From an uncultured Syntrophaceae bacterium (GTDB taxonomy: Bacteria > Desulfobacterota > Syntrophia > Syntrophales > UBA2192): DNA of 64,000 nucleotides. Both the position numbers and the translations under genes were made by a program. Position 1 is the stretch's first letter; every line of letters begins with the position of its first letter. This document shows positions 36,127 through 44,382 of the stretch, piece after piece. The stretch lies in contig CAZVLL010000002.1 in the NCBI GenBank assembly GCA_964628025.1, positions 1,421 to 65,420 on the forward strand. Direction: 5' to 3'. The notes beneath the pieces were generated by a model. That model did no database searches and had not been told where the DNA came from. It saw nothing but the letters and a program-made list of their open reading frames with translations.

Positions 36127-37734
36127 ATGGGCCCGACAATTATGGACGCCCAACATCCCACTCCTGAAACAGAAAACCATCGCGTTGCCCGGGCGGCGGG
36201 CGTGGTGGGCCTCGCGACGATGCTCTCTCGCATCTTCGGTTTCATCCGCGATGTCGTCGTGGCGCGCTATTTCGGTGCAGGGCTTGCCACGGACGCCTTC
36301 TTCGTTGCCTTCCGGATCCCGAACCTGCTGCGGCGCCTCTTCGCCGAGGGGTCGCTCACCATCGCCTTCGTACCGGTCTTCACGGAGTACCTCAAGACGA
36401 AATCCCGGGAGGACGCCTTCGAGCTGGCCCGGGTAGCCTTCACGCTTCTCTCGATCATCCTCGTGGTGATCTCGCTTTGCGGTGTCCTTTTTTCCCCCGC
36501 CATCGTCACGGTCATGGCCCCCGGTTTCCGCGTTTCGCCGGACAAGTACGCCCTCACCGTTGTGCTCACGCGGATCATGTTCCCCTATATCTTTTTCATC
36601 TCGCTGGTGGCCCTGTGCATGGGGATCCTGAATTCGCTCCGGCACTTCGCCACCCCTGCCCTCTCACCGGTCATCCTGAACCTCTGCATGATCGGGGCAA
36701 CACTTTTCTTGAAAGACTATTTCGCCGAGCCCATCCTGGCGCTGGCCGTCGGCGTCATGATCGGCGGACTTTTGCAGCTGGCGGCCCAGTTGCCCTACCT
36801 GTTCAAGATGGGCGTCCATCTGAGACCGGATTTCAACTTCGGCCACCCCGGTGTCCGCCGAATCGGCACCCTCATGCTCCCGGCCGCGTTCGGTGCCGCC
36901 GTTTACCAGATCAACATCTTCATCAGCACGCTGCTGGCCTCCTTCCTGCCGGAGGGAAGCGTTTCGTTTCTCTACTACGCCGATCGCATCGTCGAGCTCC
37001 CCCTGGGGGTTTTCGCGATCGCCATCGGCACGGCGGCCCTTCCCAGCTTCTCCGAGCAGGTGGCCCATGGGCAGTACGACGAGATGAAGCGGACGATCCG
37101 ATTTTCGCTCCGCCTCATGCTCTTCATCACCATCCCCGCCGCAATCGGCATCATCGCGCTGCGCGAACCCATCATCTCGGTCCTCTTCCAGCGGGGCGAG
37201 TTCGACCCGCGCTCGTCGGTGCTCACGGCGCAGGCCCTCTTCTACTACACGGTGGGGCTCTGGGCCTTCTCCACCGTCCGGGTCGTCGTGGCGGCCTTTT
37301 ACGCCCTGCAGGACACGAAGACCCCCGTTCAGATCGCCGTGGCGGCGCTCATCGTCAACACCGTGTTCAGCATCGCCCTCATGTTCCCCATGCAGCACAA
37401 CGGTCTGGCCTTCGCCACCTCCATCGCCTCGGCCGTGAATGTCCTCACCCTGGGCTTCCTTCTCAAGAGGCGTATCGGGGGATTTCTCGATACCGACTTC
37501 TGGCGATCCGTGGCCCGTGTCTCGACAGCATCGATCCTCATGTGGATCGCCGTGGCCCTCACCGTACACACGCTGGGCTGGGACGTGACGGCACCCTTCG
37601 GGCACCGTTCGACGGTCCTGGCGGCAGGCATCGCAGTGGGACTTGCCGTCTTTTTGGTTTCCACCTTCGCCCTGCGGTGCCCCGAAACGACAACGATTCT
37701 TTCGCTGATCCGCCGCAAGCTCGGCCGCCGCTAG
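36127..37734 (+). CDS. murJ: Lipid II flippase MurJ (MviN)
   Basis: SRIFGFIRDVVVARYFGAG..TDAFFVAFRIPNLLRRLFAEGS is the canonical MurJ N-terminus. About 14 TM helices. Confidence 0.9.
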   Translation: MGPTIMDAQHPTPETENHRVARAAGVVGLATMLSRIFGFIRDVVVARYFGAGLATDAFFVAFRIPNLLRRLFAEGSLTIAFVPVFTEYLKTKSREDAFELARVAFTLLSIILVVISLCGVLFSPAIVTVMAPGFRVSPDKYALTVVLTRIMFPYIFFISLVALCMGILNSLRHFATPALSPVILNLCMIGATLFLKDYFAEPILALAVGVMIGGLLQLAAQLPYLFKMGVHLRPDFNFGHPGVRRIGTLMLPAAFGAAVYQINIFISTLLASFLPEGSVSFLYYADRIVELPLGVFAIAIGTAALPSFSEQVAHGQYDEMKRTIRFSLRLMLFITIPAAIGIIALREPIISVLFQRGEFDPRSSVLTAQALFYYTVGLWAFSTVRVVVAAFYALQDTKTPVQIAVAALIVNTVFSIALMFPMQHNGLAFATSIASAVNVLTLGFLLKRRIGGFLDTDFWRSVARVSTASILMWIAVALTVHTLGWDVTAPFGHRSTVLAAGIAVGLAVFLVSTFALRCPETTTILSLIRRKLGRR

Positions 37735-37831
37735 CCCGCGCAACGCCTGCAATCCGGGACATTCGCCCGGACAAAATGATTGACGTTAAAGGCTTGAAGT
37801 GATAAGGGAAATTGACTTCTGAGCCGTATTC

Positions 37832-37883
37832 CTCGCCCTGCTGTCTCCCTCCCCTTGCGGGGAGAGCGCCGGGGTGAGGGTGA
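37832..37883 (+). repeat. REP-like hairpin element, copy A (upstream of serS)
   Basis: CGCCCTGCTGTCTCCCTCCCCTTGCGGGGAGAGCGCCGGGGTGAGGGTGAA. The inner hairpin is CTCCCC-TTGC-GGGGAG and the outer pairing is CGCCCT/AGGGTG. Confidence 0.7.
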
Positions 37884-37930
37884 ATCTACACTTTACCAAT
37901 CTCTCAAGTACCCAAGGAGGGGAGAGACCC

Positions 37931-39211
37931 ATGCTGGATGTAAAATTTCTCCGCGACAACGTCGAGCTTGTCCGCCGCAAGATGCTGGAGAGGGGACAGG
38001 AAATCGACTTTACACCCTTCGTCAATGCCGAGAAGCGCCGCCGGGACATCCTCCAAGAGGTAGAGGCTCTTCGCGGAGAGCGCAACAAGGCCTCCAAGGA
38101 GATCGGGGCCCTCAAGAAGGAAAAGAAGGATGCCTCGGAGCTCGTTGCGAAGATGGCAACCATCTCCGACCGAATCAAGGCCCTCGATGCCGAATTAGCC
38201 CTGGTCGAAGCGGACGTCCAGAATTTCGTCATGGTCATCCCCAACATCCCGCACGAATCCGTCGAGTACGGGACAAGCTCCGAGGAGAACCCCGTCGTCC
38301 GGACCTGGGGAGAGAAACCCGTCATGGACTTCGAACCAAAGCCCCACTGGGACATCGGCGAAAACCTGAAAATTCTCGACTTCGCCTGCGGGGCCAAGAT
38401 CACGGGGGCGCGCTTCACCCTCTACCGGGGATGGGGCGCCAAGCTGGAGCGGGCCCTCATCAACTACATGCTCGATCTGCACACCTTCCAGCACACCTAC
38501 ACAGAGGTCCTGACGCCCTTCATGGTGAACAAGGAAAGCATGACCGGGACGGGGCAGCTCCCGAAGTTCGAGCAGGATCTCTTCAAGATCCAGGGAATGG
38601 ACTATTACCTCATCCCCACGGCGGAAGTGCCCGTCACAAACATCCATCGCGATGAGATCCTCAGCGAGAAGGATCTGCCCGTCTATTACGTGGCCTACTC
38701 GCCCTGCTTCCGCAGCGAGGCGGGTTCCTACGGCAAGGACACCCGCGGCCTCATCCGCCAGCACCAGTTCAACAAGGTGGAACTTGTGAAGTTCGCAACC
38801 CCCGAGACCTCCTACGACGAACTGGAGAAACTCACCCTCGACGCCGAGGATATCCTCAAAACCCTGGGCCTTCACTACCGTACGGTAAGCCTCTGCACCG
38901 CCGATCTGGGGTTCTCCTCATCGAAGACCTACGACCTGGAGGTGTGGCTGCCGGGGCAGAACGTCTATCGGGAGATTTCCTCCTGCAGCAACTTCGAGGA
39001 TTTCCAGTCGCGCCGGGCCTCGATCCGTTTCCGCCGCGAAGCCTCCGGAAAGGTGGAGTTTGTCCACACCCTTAACGGATCGGGTCTTGCAGTGGGACGC
39101 ACCGTGGTGGCCATCCTGGAAAATTACCAGCAGAAGGACGGCAGCGTCGTGATTCCCGAACCTCTTCGACCCTACATGAAAGGGATTGACAGAATACCCG
39201 CCGGCGGGTAA
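37931..39211 (+). CDS. serS: Serine--tRNA ligase
   Basis: [10 protein letters not shown] start, the coiled-coil arm and class II motifs ([21 protein letters not shown]). GGAGGGGAG lies upstream of the ATG at 37931. Confidence 0.95.
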   Translation: MLDVKFLRDNVELVRRKMLERGQEIDFTPFVNAEKRRRDILQEVEALRGERNKASKEIGALKKEKKDASELVAKMATISDRIKALDAELALVEADVQNFVMVIPNIPHESVEYGTSSEENPVVRTWGEKPVMDFEPKPHWDIGENLKILDFACGAKITGARFTLYRGWGAKLERALINYMLDLHTFQHTYTEVLTPFMVNKESMTGTGQLPKFEQDLFKIQGMDYYLIPTAEVPVTNIHRDEILSEKDLPVYYVAYSPCFRSEAGSYGKDTRGLIRQHQFNKVELVKFATPETSYDELEKLTLDAEDILKTLGLHYRTVSLCTADLGFSSSKTYDLEVWLPGQNVYREISSCSNFEDFQSRRASIRFRREASGKVEFVHTLNGSGLAVGRTVVAILENYQQKDGSVVIPEPLRPYMKGIDRIPAGG

Positions 39212-39282
39212 TATGCGCTCTTCCGAAAAATGGATACCCTGCCGGCCCGTTCCCGGCCGGTTCGCAGAAAATAGGCAATGCC

Positions 39283-39368
39283 GGAGGGATGGCCGAGTGG
39301 TCTAAGGCGGCGGTCTTGAAAACCGTTAACCGAAAGGTTCGCGGGTTCGAATCCTGCTCCCTCCGCCA
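39283..39368 (+). tRNA. tRNA-Ser (anticodon UGA), encoded CCA
   Basis: Acceptor GGAGGGA/TCCCTCC, anticodon loop CTTGAAA, a long variable arm, the T-loop GGTTCGAATCC and a GCCA 3' end. Confidence 0.9.
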
Positions 39369-39380
39369 GAATAGAATGAA

Positions 39381-39431
39381 CGCCCTGCCCCTACTCCTCT
39401 CCCGTGATGGGAGAGACCGGGTGAGGGTGAA
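39381..39431 (+). repeat. REP-like hairpin element, copy B (between the two tRNA-Ser genes)
   Basis: CGCCCTGCCCCTACTCCTCTCCCGTGATGGGAGAGACCGGGTGAGGGTGAA has the same architecture as copy A. Confidence 0.7.
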
Positions 39432-39452
39432 AAAAAGAAGGCCGAGCATCGA

Positions 39453-39547
<95 letters not shown>

Positions 39548-39566
39548 CTTGTATATCCGGATACGC

Positions 39567-39643
39567 GCGCCCTTAGCTCAGTTGGATAGAGCGTTGGACT
39601 ACGAATCCAAAGGTCCTAGGTTCGAGCCCTAGAGGGCGCGCCA
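39567..39643 (+). tRNA. tRNA-Arg (anticodon ACG), encoded CCA
   Basis: Acceptor GCGCCCT/AGGGCGC, D-arm GCTCAGTTGGATAGAGC, anticodon arm TTGGA-CTACGAA-TCCAA and T-arm CTAGGTTCGAGCCCTAG. Confidence 0.9.
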
Positions 39644-39653
39644 ATAAAATCAA

Positions 39654-39690
39654 GGGGTTATCCTAATAATGGGTAACCCCTTTTTGTTTT
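39654..39690 (+). terminator. Rho-independent terminator after the tRNA cluster
   Basis: A GGGGTTATCC/GGGTAACCCC stem with a 7-nt loop, followed by TTTTTGTTTT. Confidence 0.8.
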
Positions 39691-39777
39691 CATGTAAAAA
39701 TAATGTAAAACAATTCTACCTATTTTTTACATCTTCTTACACTAGATTTTCCCTTCTCTGTCGAGAGCAAGCTATTC

Positions 39778-39836
39778 TGCGACAAAATGAAACAGAATCG
39801 GCGACAAATAAATGAAATCGGCGACAATATAACAGG
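39778..39836. repeat. Three direct GCGACAA(A)-containing repeats at the putative phage end (candidate transposase binding sites)
   Basis: TGCGACAAAATGAAACAGAAT / CGGCGACAAATAAATGAAAT / CGGCGACAATATAAC, with the core at 39779, 39801 and 39820. The array starts with TG. Confidence 0.45.
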
Positions 39837-39931
39837 GGTCGAGCGTAGGGCGCAGAAAACCTGTGTCATCCACGAGACTGCTTGAATAAGCTCGAAATGA
39901 CCAGGTGTGTAAAGCCTGAAATGTGTGATGG

Positions 39932-40723
39932 CTACCCGCGTGTCCTCTTCGACGCAGCAGGCTCATAATTCATGATCAACAGTTCGCTGACGCGTTTATT
40001 TCCATTCTTGCTTGAAGTGTACATCGTATCCGCCTTCTCGACATGAAAGCCCTTGTAGAGCTCCCGGATCTCCGGCATGTCATTGATGGACAGGATGAAC
40101 TTCCCTTCGATGGCGGCCAGCAGGTCCCGAAGCGTCTTGAAATCCTCTCGATTAAAGATCCCTTCCCCGTAGTAGTCCTCATAACCATAATAGGGAGGGT
40201 CCACGTAAAATAAAGTCTCTGGCCTATCGAAGCGCCGGATCAGGTCCGCGTAGTGCATGTTCTCGACGTACACCCTGGACAGCCTGATATGGACCGACGA
40301 GAGCTCCTCTTCAATTCTCAGTAAGTTAAATCTCGGCTTCCCTGATGGCGCCACTGAGAAGGTAGGGTTCTTAATCCGGCTCGCGTATCCCGTCTTCAGC
40401 AGGTAATAAAAGCGCACGGCCCGCTGAATGTCCGTCAGGGTCTCAGGATTCTCCGCCTTGAAGCGCTCGAACTCGTCCCTGGCCACCAGGATCCACTTCA
40501 GGTACCGGATGAACTCCTCGAGGTGATGCTTGACCACCCGGTAGAGCGTGACCAGGTCAGTATTGATGTCGTTGATGATCTCAACCTTCGATTCCTCCTT
40601 CCTGAAGAGCAGCCAGGCCGCGCCGGCGAAGACCTCGCAATAGCAGGTGTGCTCGGGCATCTTGGAGACGATTTTGCCGGCCAGAAGCGATTTTCCACCC
40701 ATGTAAGACAGGAAGCTTTTCAT
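39932..40723 (-). CDS. Dam-type (D12 class) N6-adenine DNA methyltransferase
   Basis: SYMGGKSLLAGKI..YCEVFAGAAWLLF (AdoMet binding) and the VDPPYYGYE catalytic motif. The start is trimmed to MKSFLSY (40723). Confidence 0.85.
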   Translation of the reverse strand: MKSFLSYMGGKSLLAGKIVSKMPEHTCYCEVFAGAAWLLFRKEESKVEIINDINTDLVTLYRVVKHHLEEFIRYLKWILVARDEFERFKAENPETLTDIQRAVRFYYLLKTGYASRIKNPTFSVAPSGKPRFNLLRIEEELSSVHIRLSRVYVENMHYADLIRRFDRPETLFYVDPPYYGYEDYYGEGIFNREDFKTLRDLLAAIEGKFILSINDMPEIRELYKGFHVEKADTMYTSSKNGNKRVSELLIMNYEPAASKRTRG

Positions 40724-40871
40724 ACAATGACCCCCCCGAGATTGATTTTTCGGGACGACCCTGCTAAGGTTCACGCCGTTCGGAAAGCGGATGGTAGCGG
40801 GTTATCCCGTCCTGTGTCCTCACAGGGTCTGGGGAGGGTCAGAGCTCCCTGGAATACTGTCCGCGTTTCTG

Positions 40872-41189
40872 TTAACTGATTTTCGTCAGGTTCTTCACTG
40901 AGTAGCGGTACTCGCTGTTTCCATTCTTGCCTGCCCCGTAGGTGAAAGAGACCGTCACGATGCGCTCTTCCACGTTACGGGTAGCATCCAGGATGCGGTT
41001 TTCCGTACTGGTGATCGTGATGTCGTGGCTCGAGTCCACTGGTGTGAAAGGGGTATCGGCTTTGATCTCCGTTCCCAAGGCCGCATCGTCGATCCGGTAG
41101 GTTCCGCCGGATGGGGTCACCAGTGCTCCGCTTTCGTCCCGGAATGTCAGGGTCACAACGCTGGTACTTTTTTCGTTTACGATTTCCAT
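40872..41189 (-). CDS. Hypothetical phage protein (105 aa, beta-rich)
   Basis: An ORF in the distal tail cluster, tightly packed against its neighbours. I recognise no family. Confidence 0.5.
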   Translation of the reverse strand: MEIVNEKSTSVVTLTFRDESGALVTPSGGTYRIDDAALGTEIKADTPFTPVDSSHDITITSTENRILDATRNVEERIVTVSFTYGAGKNGNSEYRYSVKNLTKIS

Positions 41190-41198
41190 GCTGATCTC

Positions 41199-42305
41199 CT
41201 AGAGTGGCTCGAAATCAACGCCTGGGCCGGACGCTTCTGCGTCAGCTTGTGGCCGCTTCAATGCTCCGTCCATGCCCGCTTTCTTCATGGCGACCGATGC
41301 AGCCGCCGACTTTGCGCGCCCGCCCACCGAAGCCACCTTCCCGCTAAATGACACCTTTGCCAATTTGAACGTCTCGGCTGGAGTATAAATCAGGCTCACG
41401 GGCTGTCCGGCCAGGATGTAGGACCCGGCAGCGGCCTTGACGACGCATGTTTTCCTTAACCCGGTTGCGGTGCCTGGCAGGGTGAACGAAGCAGCCGCCG
41501 CAGCAATCCTGAATCCCTTTTTCAGGCCTGCGGCCTGGCCGGCCAGGGAGAATGATCCGGCGCCGGCAGAGACCTTGCTGGCCTTCTTGAGTGTGGCTGT
41601 CGCTCCTGTTTCCGTGAATGCCCCTAGGTCTGCCTTTACAACGTAAGTGCGCCTGAAATTGGCCGCCGTCCCCGTCAGCGCGAATGACCCAGTCGACGCG
41701 AATACTCCGTAGCCCTTCCTGAACGTTGCAGCAGTGCCCGTCATGGCAAAGCTGCCAAAACCGGCGCCTACCTTGTAACCCTTCTTCAGGCCCGCGTCCG
41801 TCCCGGTTTCCGTGAATGTGCCCGGATCCGCGACAAGGCGGGATGTCTTTCTGAGTGTCACGGCCGTGCCCGTCTGGCTGAATGTGCCGGAATCGGCGAC
41901 CATCCTGCGGCCCTTGTTTAATCCGGCGGCTGTTCCGGTGAGCGCGAAAGACCCCACGTCGGCGACAACCTTGCTGCCCTTCTTGAGCGTTGCTGCCGTT
42001 CCTGTTTCGTTGAAAGCCCCCGGTGCAGCGACAATCTTTGCCGCCCGTTTCAACCCGGCGTCAGTGCCAGTTTCCGCGAAACTGCCGGGATCGGCCGTCA
42101 TCCTTCGGCCCTTGTTCAATCCGGCAGGCGTCCCGGATAACGCGAAGGAGCCCGCGTCCGCCGTCAGTACGTAATTGTTTCCTCCAGACGAAACCTCGAA
42201 GAATCCATTGCAAATATCGTCAGCAACGGCGTTCGGAGCCGCGTTGGCGAAATTGATTGCACGCAGTCTCGTGCTCGGATTTTGTCGGAAGAGGCTACTA
42301 GCCAT
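41199..42305 (-). CDS. Phage tandem-repeat protein (12 x 22-aa GSFxxTGTxAxLxKG units); putative fibre/receptor-binding component
   Basis: The start is trimmed to MASSLFRQ (ATG 42305, a TAATG overlap with the upstream gene). The repeats are listed as a separate feature. Confidence 0.6.
   Translation of the reverse strand: MASSLFRQNPSTRLRAINFANAAPNAVADDICNGFFEVSSGGNNYVLTADAGSFALSGTPAGLNKGRRMTADPGSFAETGTDAGLKRAAKIVAAPGAFNETGTAATLKKGSKVVADVGSFALTGTAAGLNKGRRMVADSGTFSQTGTAVTLRKTSRLVADPGTFTETGTDAGLKKGYKVGAGFGSFAMTGTAATFRKGYGVFASTGSFALTGTAANFRRTYVVKADLGAFTETGATATLKKASKVSAGAGSFSLAGQAAGLKKGFRIAAAAASFTLPGTATGLRKTCVVKAAAGSYILAGQPVSLIYTPAETFKLAKVSFSGKVASVGGRAKSAAASVAMKKAGMDGALKRPQADAEASGPGVDFEPL
41382..42161 (-). 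repeat. In-frame tandem repeat, period 66 bp (22 aa), about 12 diverged copies
   Basis: ADAGSFALSGTPAGLNKGRRMT / ADPGSFAETGTDAGLKRAAKIV / AAPGAFNETGTAATLKKGSKVV / ADVGSFALTGTAAGLNKGRRMV and so on, ending with AAAGSYILAGQPVSLIYT. Confidence 0.9.
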
Positions 42306-43090
42306 TACGCACTCGCAATGTCCATCATAATCCAGGGCAGTGCCGAGGATGTGCTGTCGGCCCAAATGACCACGAACAGCGCGCTGTCGTTGTATATCTG
42401 CGGCATTCCGACGCGCAGCATGTCGTGTACGTCGGAGAAGTTTGCCAAGGGAACACGGCCCCTCCATAGCGGGCGAAGGACGTTGATGTTGAATGTCCCC
42501 GCAGATGCAACCGTGCACCTTACGCGGGTGATTCCCTGAATGCCGCTGTCCCCGGATGCCAGTGGAAGCTGGAACATTCTGCGGATCGTCAGCGCGGCCC
42601 CGGAGCCAACCACGCCAGTGTCACCGGCTGCGCCGCCCTCGTCCAGATAGTTGACCTGGAAGGATGGGTTGCCCGTGAAGGCAGTTACCGTTTCGGCCCA
42701 CAGTTCAAGGCCGGAATAGTTTGCTCCGGGAATCCTTCCAGAATAGCTGGGAACGGACGCCAGGGTTGTGTCGGCGTTATAGGCGTATGCTCCACAGGAA
42801 AATACCCTGTCGTAAATGGCTAGTTGACAGGCGACGGTGTTGGTGAACGTCACTCCCGAAAGATATACAGACCCGCTCGGAGCATAAATGATGGGATATC
42901 CAGCGAGTGCGTCGGTAGGAACAATCCCATTTGCCGTATTGCCAGCGGACAGCGAGCCAGCCCCAGGATCCCCGGCCATATCAAACATGGTAAACGGGAT
43001 GTTCGCAACGGTCGTGACGGTCCCTGTCTTCATGTAAACTGTCTTGGCTTTCAGTGCCGCTATCCATTGGTCAAGCGTTGCGATTGACAT
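42305..43090 (-). CDS. Hypothetical phage protein (261 aa) in the distal tail cluster
   Basis: A G/A/S/T-rich, beta-type composition. Translationally coupled to the downstream repeat protein. No family recognised. Confidence 0.55.
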   Translation of the reverse strand: MSIATLDQWIAALKAKTVYMKTGTVTTVANIPFTMFDMAGDPGAGSLSAGNTANGIVPTDALAGYPIIYAPSGSVYLSGVTFTNTVACQLAIYDRVFSCGAYAYNADTTLASVPSYSGRIPGANYSGLELWAETVTAFTGNPSFQVNYLDEGGAAGDTGVVGSGAALTIRRMFQLPLASGDSGIQGITRVRCTVASAGTFNINVLRPLWRGRVPLANFSDVHDMLRVGMPQIYNDSALFVVIWADSTSSALPWIMMDIASA

Positions 43091-43102
43091 TTGCTCCTCC
43101 TT

Positions 43103-43528
43103 TTAGGTCAACGTGAACAGGGACGCGCCGAAGTCGACCGTGAACGTCTCCCCGTCATTGCATGAGATGGAGCTGCCATAATCCCAATAACAGACAAGGG
43201 CATCGGGAAGGTTCGTGTCGGTGTCATTGTAGACGATGGCATACCGGAACGGGCCGAAGGAGCCGCCGGAGGCCGTGAAGACGACATCGACCGCCGTGAC
43301 GGTAAGGGTGCCTCCGGACTCGGACAGGTCGTTCTGGATGTCGGTCCCGCCGGCCGGATAGCCGTTCTGTGCGGTTATTTCCGCAATATCTCCCTTCTTG
43401 ACGTGCGTCGCCACGTTCGGTGCCGTGTTGCTGAGATAGACCTTGAGGACATCCCCCGCCGCGTGGAGGTGATGAATCCCCCGGCCGACCTGCTCAACGA
43501 AGTCCTGAAATTTTACGAAAGCAGCCAT
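43103..43528 (-). CDS. Hypothetical phage protein (141 aa)
   Basis: The N-terminus MAAFVKFQDFVEQVGRGIHHL..LKVYLSNTAP resembles a recurring phage structural-region family that I cannot name. Confidence 0.55.
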   Translation of the reverse strand: MAAFVKFQDFVEQVGRGIHHLHAAGDVLKVYLSNTAPNVATHVKKGDIAEITAQNGYPAGGTDIQNDLSESGGTLTVTAVDVVFTASGGSFGPFRYAIVYNDTDTNLPDALVCYWDYGSSISCNDGETFTVDFGASLFTLT

Positions 43529-43563
43529 GATTTCCTCCTTTGGCCTTGATTGCTATTTACGGT

Positions 43564-44373
43564 CTAGTCCGTCGTCACGCTGCCGTAGATGGGGTCCATA
43601 ATACTCAACCGGAACCACTTGCAGCTTCCACCCCCCTTACAGTAAAGCTGAACGTCATCATCAGCGGCAAACGTCAAATCCTCCGTCCAAGTTCCACTCG
43701 TGTCTGCTCCTTGTGCTCGTTCTGTCCCGTAGGCAGACCCGTTCTTATAGATTCTTCCATAAACGGTGTCTCCGGGTCCCGGATCGTTTGATGCGCCCTC
43801 AATATAAAATGATACCCTCCATGTCCCTGCACGCTTGACCCGGATTTCCTTCTTTTTTACATACGTCGAACCAGAAGATCCCCTTATCGTATCCGCGCTC
43901 AGGACTGAGAGTCCGCCTGCACCGGTGGCGAATGTGGTCCCGTTCGGCAGTTTCGTCCCGGAGACGGCATTGTCCTGAATCTTGGCTGTCGGGATGGAGT
44001 TTGAGACGATCTTGCTGCCGTCCACGTCATTTATTTTTGCGCTCGTGATGAACAGGTCTGCCATTTTCGCCCGACCCGTGGAGTCAGCGGAGAGAGCGCC
44101 GTCGGCCAGCGAGGCCGTCTTGACCTTTCCCGTGGCGATGCAGTCGTTGGTGAAGTCCCAGACGGTCTGCCAGGCGGAGTTTGCCATGTCACGCAGCTTG
44201 AAGTAGGCGGCCGCGGCCGAGTCGACCCAGGACTGCCCTTTCACCGGGTTCGACGGTGCGCTGGTCCCCTCGAAATTTGACTTCAGGCACGTCATGTTGT
44301 TCTCCATGTTCTGGAGATCCGTGAGGCCCTGGTTGGAAGCGTTGAAACAATCGTCTGTCCAGTTCTGCGCCAT
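43564..44373 (-). CDS. Putative tail fibre protein
   Basis: The N-terminus L.NMENN...LKSNFEGTSAPSNPVKGQSWVDS....KLRDMANSAWQTVWDF matches a motif common in phage fibre N-termini. It also has short K(I/L).D.AV..(K)(I/L) fibre-type repeats. Confidence 0.55.
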   Translation of the reverse strand: MAQNWTDDCFNASNQGLTDLQNMENNMTCLKSNFEGTSAPSNPVKGQSWVDSAAAAYFKLRDMANSAWQTVWDFTNDCIATGKVKTASLADGALSADSTGRAKMADLFITSAKINDVDGSKIVSNSIPTAKIQDNAVSGTKLPNGTTFATGAGGLSVLSADTIRGSSGSTYVKKKEIRVKRAGTWRVSFYIEGASNDPGPGDTVYGRIYKNGSAYGTERAQGADTSGTWTEDLTFAADDDVQLYCKGGGSCKWFRLSIMDPIYGSVTTD

Positions 44374-44382
44374 GATGTTCTC

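Noticed and set aside
37735-37930. T-box or other riboswitch leader upstream of serS
   Set aside because: The leader is under 200 nt and is mostly occupied by the REP-like element. I could find no specifier-loop/T-box (AGGGTGGNACCGCG-like) sequence and no terminator/antiterminator pair.
39567-39700. tRNA-Arg as an integrase-type attachment site for the prophage
   Set aside because: No integrase gene lies adjacent. The tRNA is followed by its own intact terminator before the AT-rich junction. No duplicated tRNA 3' fragment is visible in the window. The head module is of the transposable Mu type. This cannot be fully excluded without the other prophage end.
41199-42518. Extended 439-aa version of the repeat protein, and extended N-termini of rarA (to 27107), proC (to 32181), FKBP (to 22177), serS (to 37874) and TerL (to 63002)
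   Set aside because: The upstream extensions overlap neighbouring genes or intergenic DNA, lack family similarity and have Arg/Cys-rich composition. Internal starts with SD sequences or stop-start overlaps fit the known protein N-termini.
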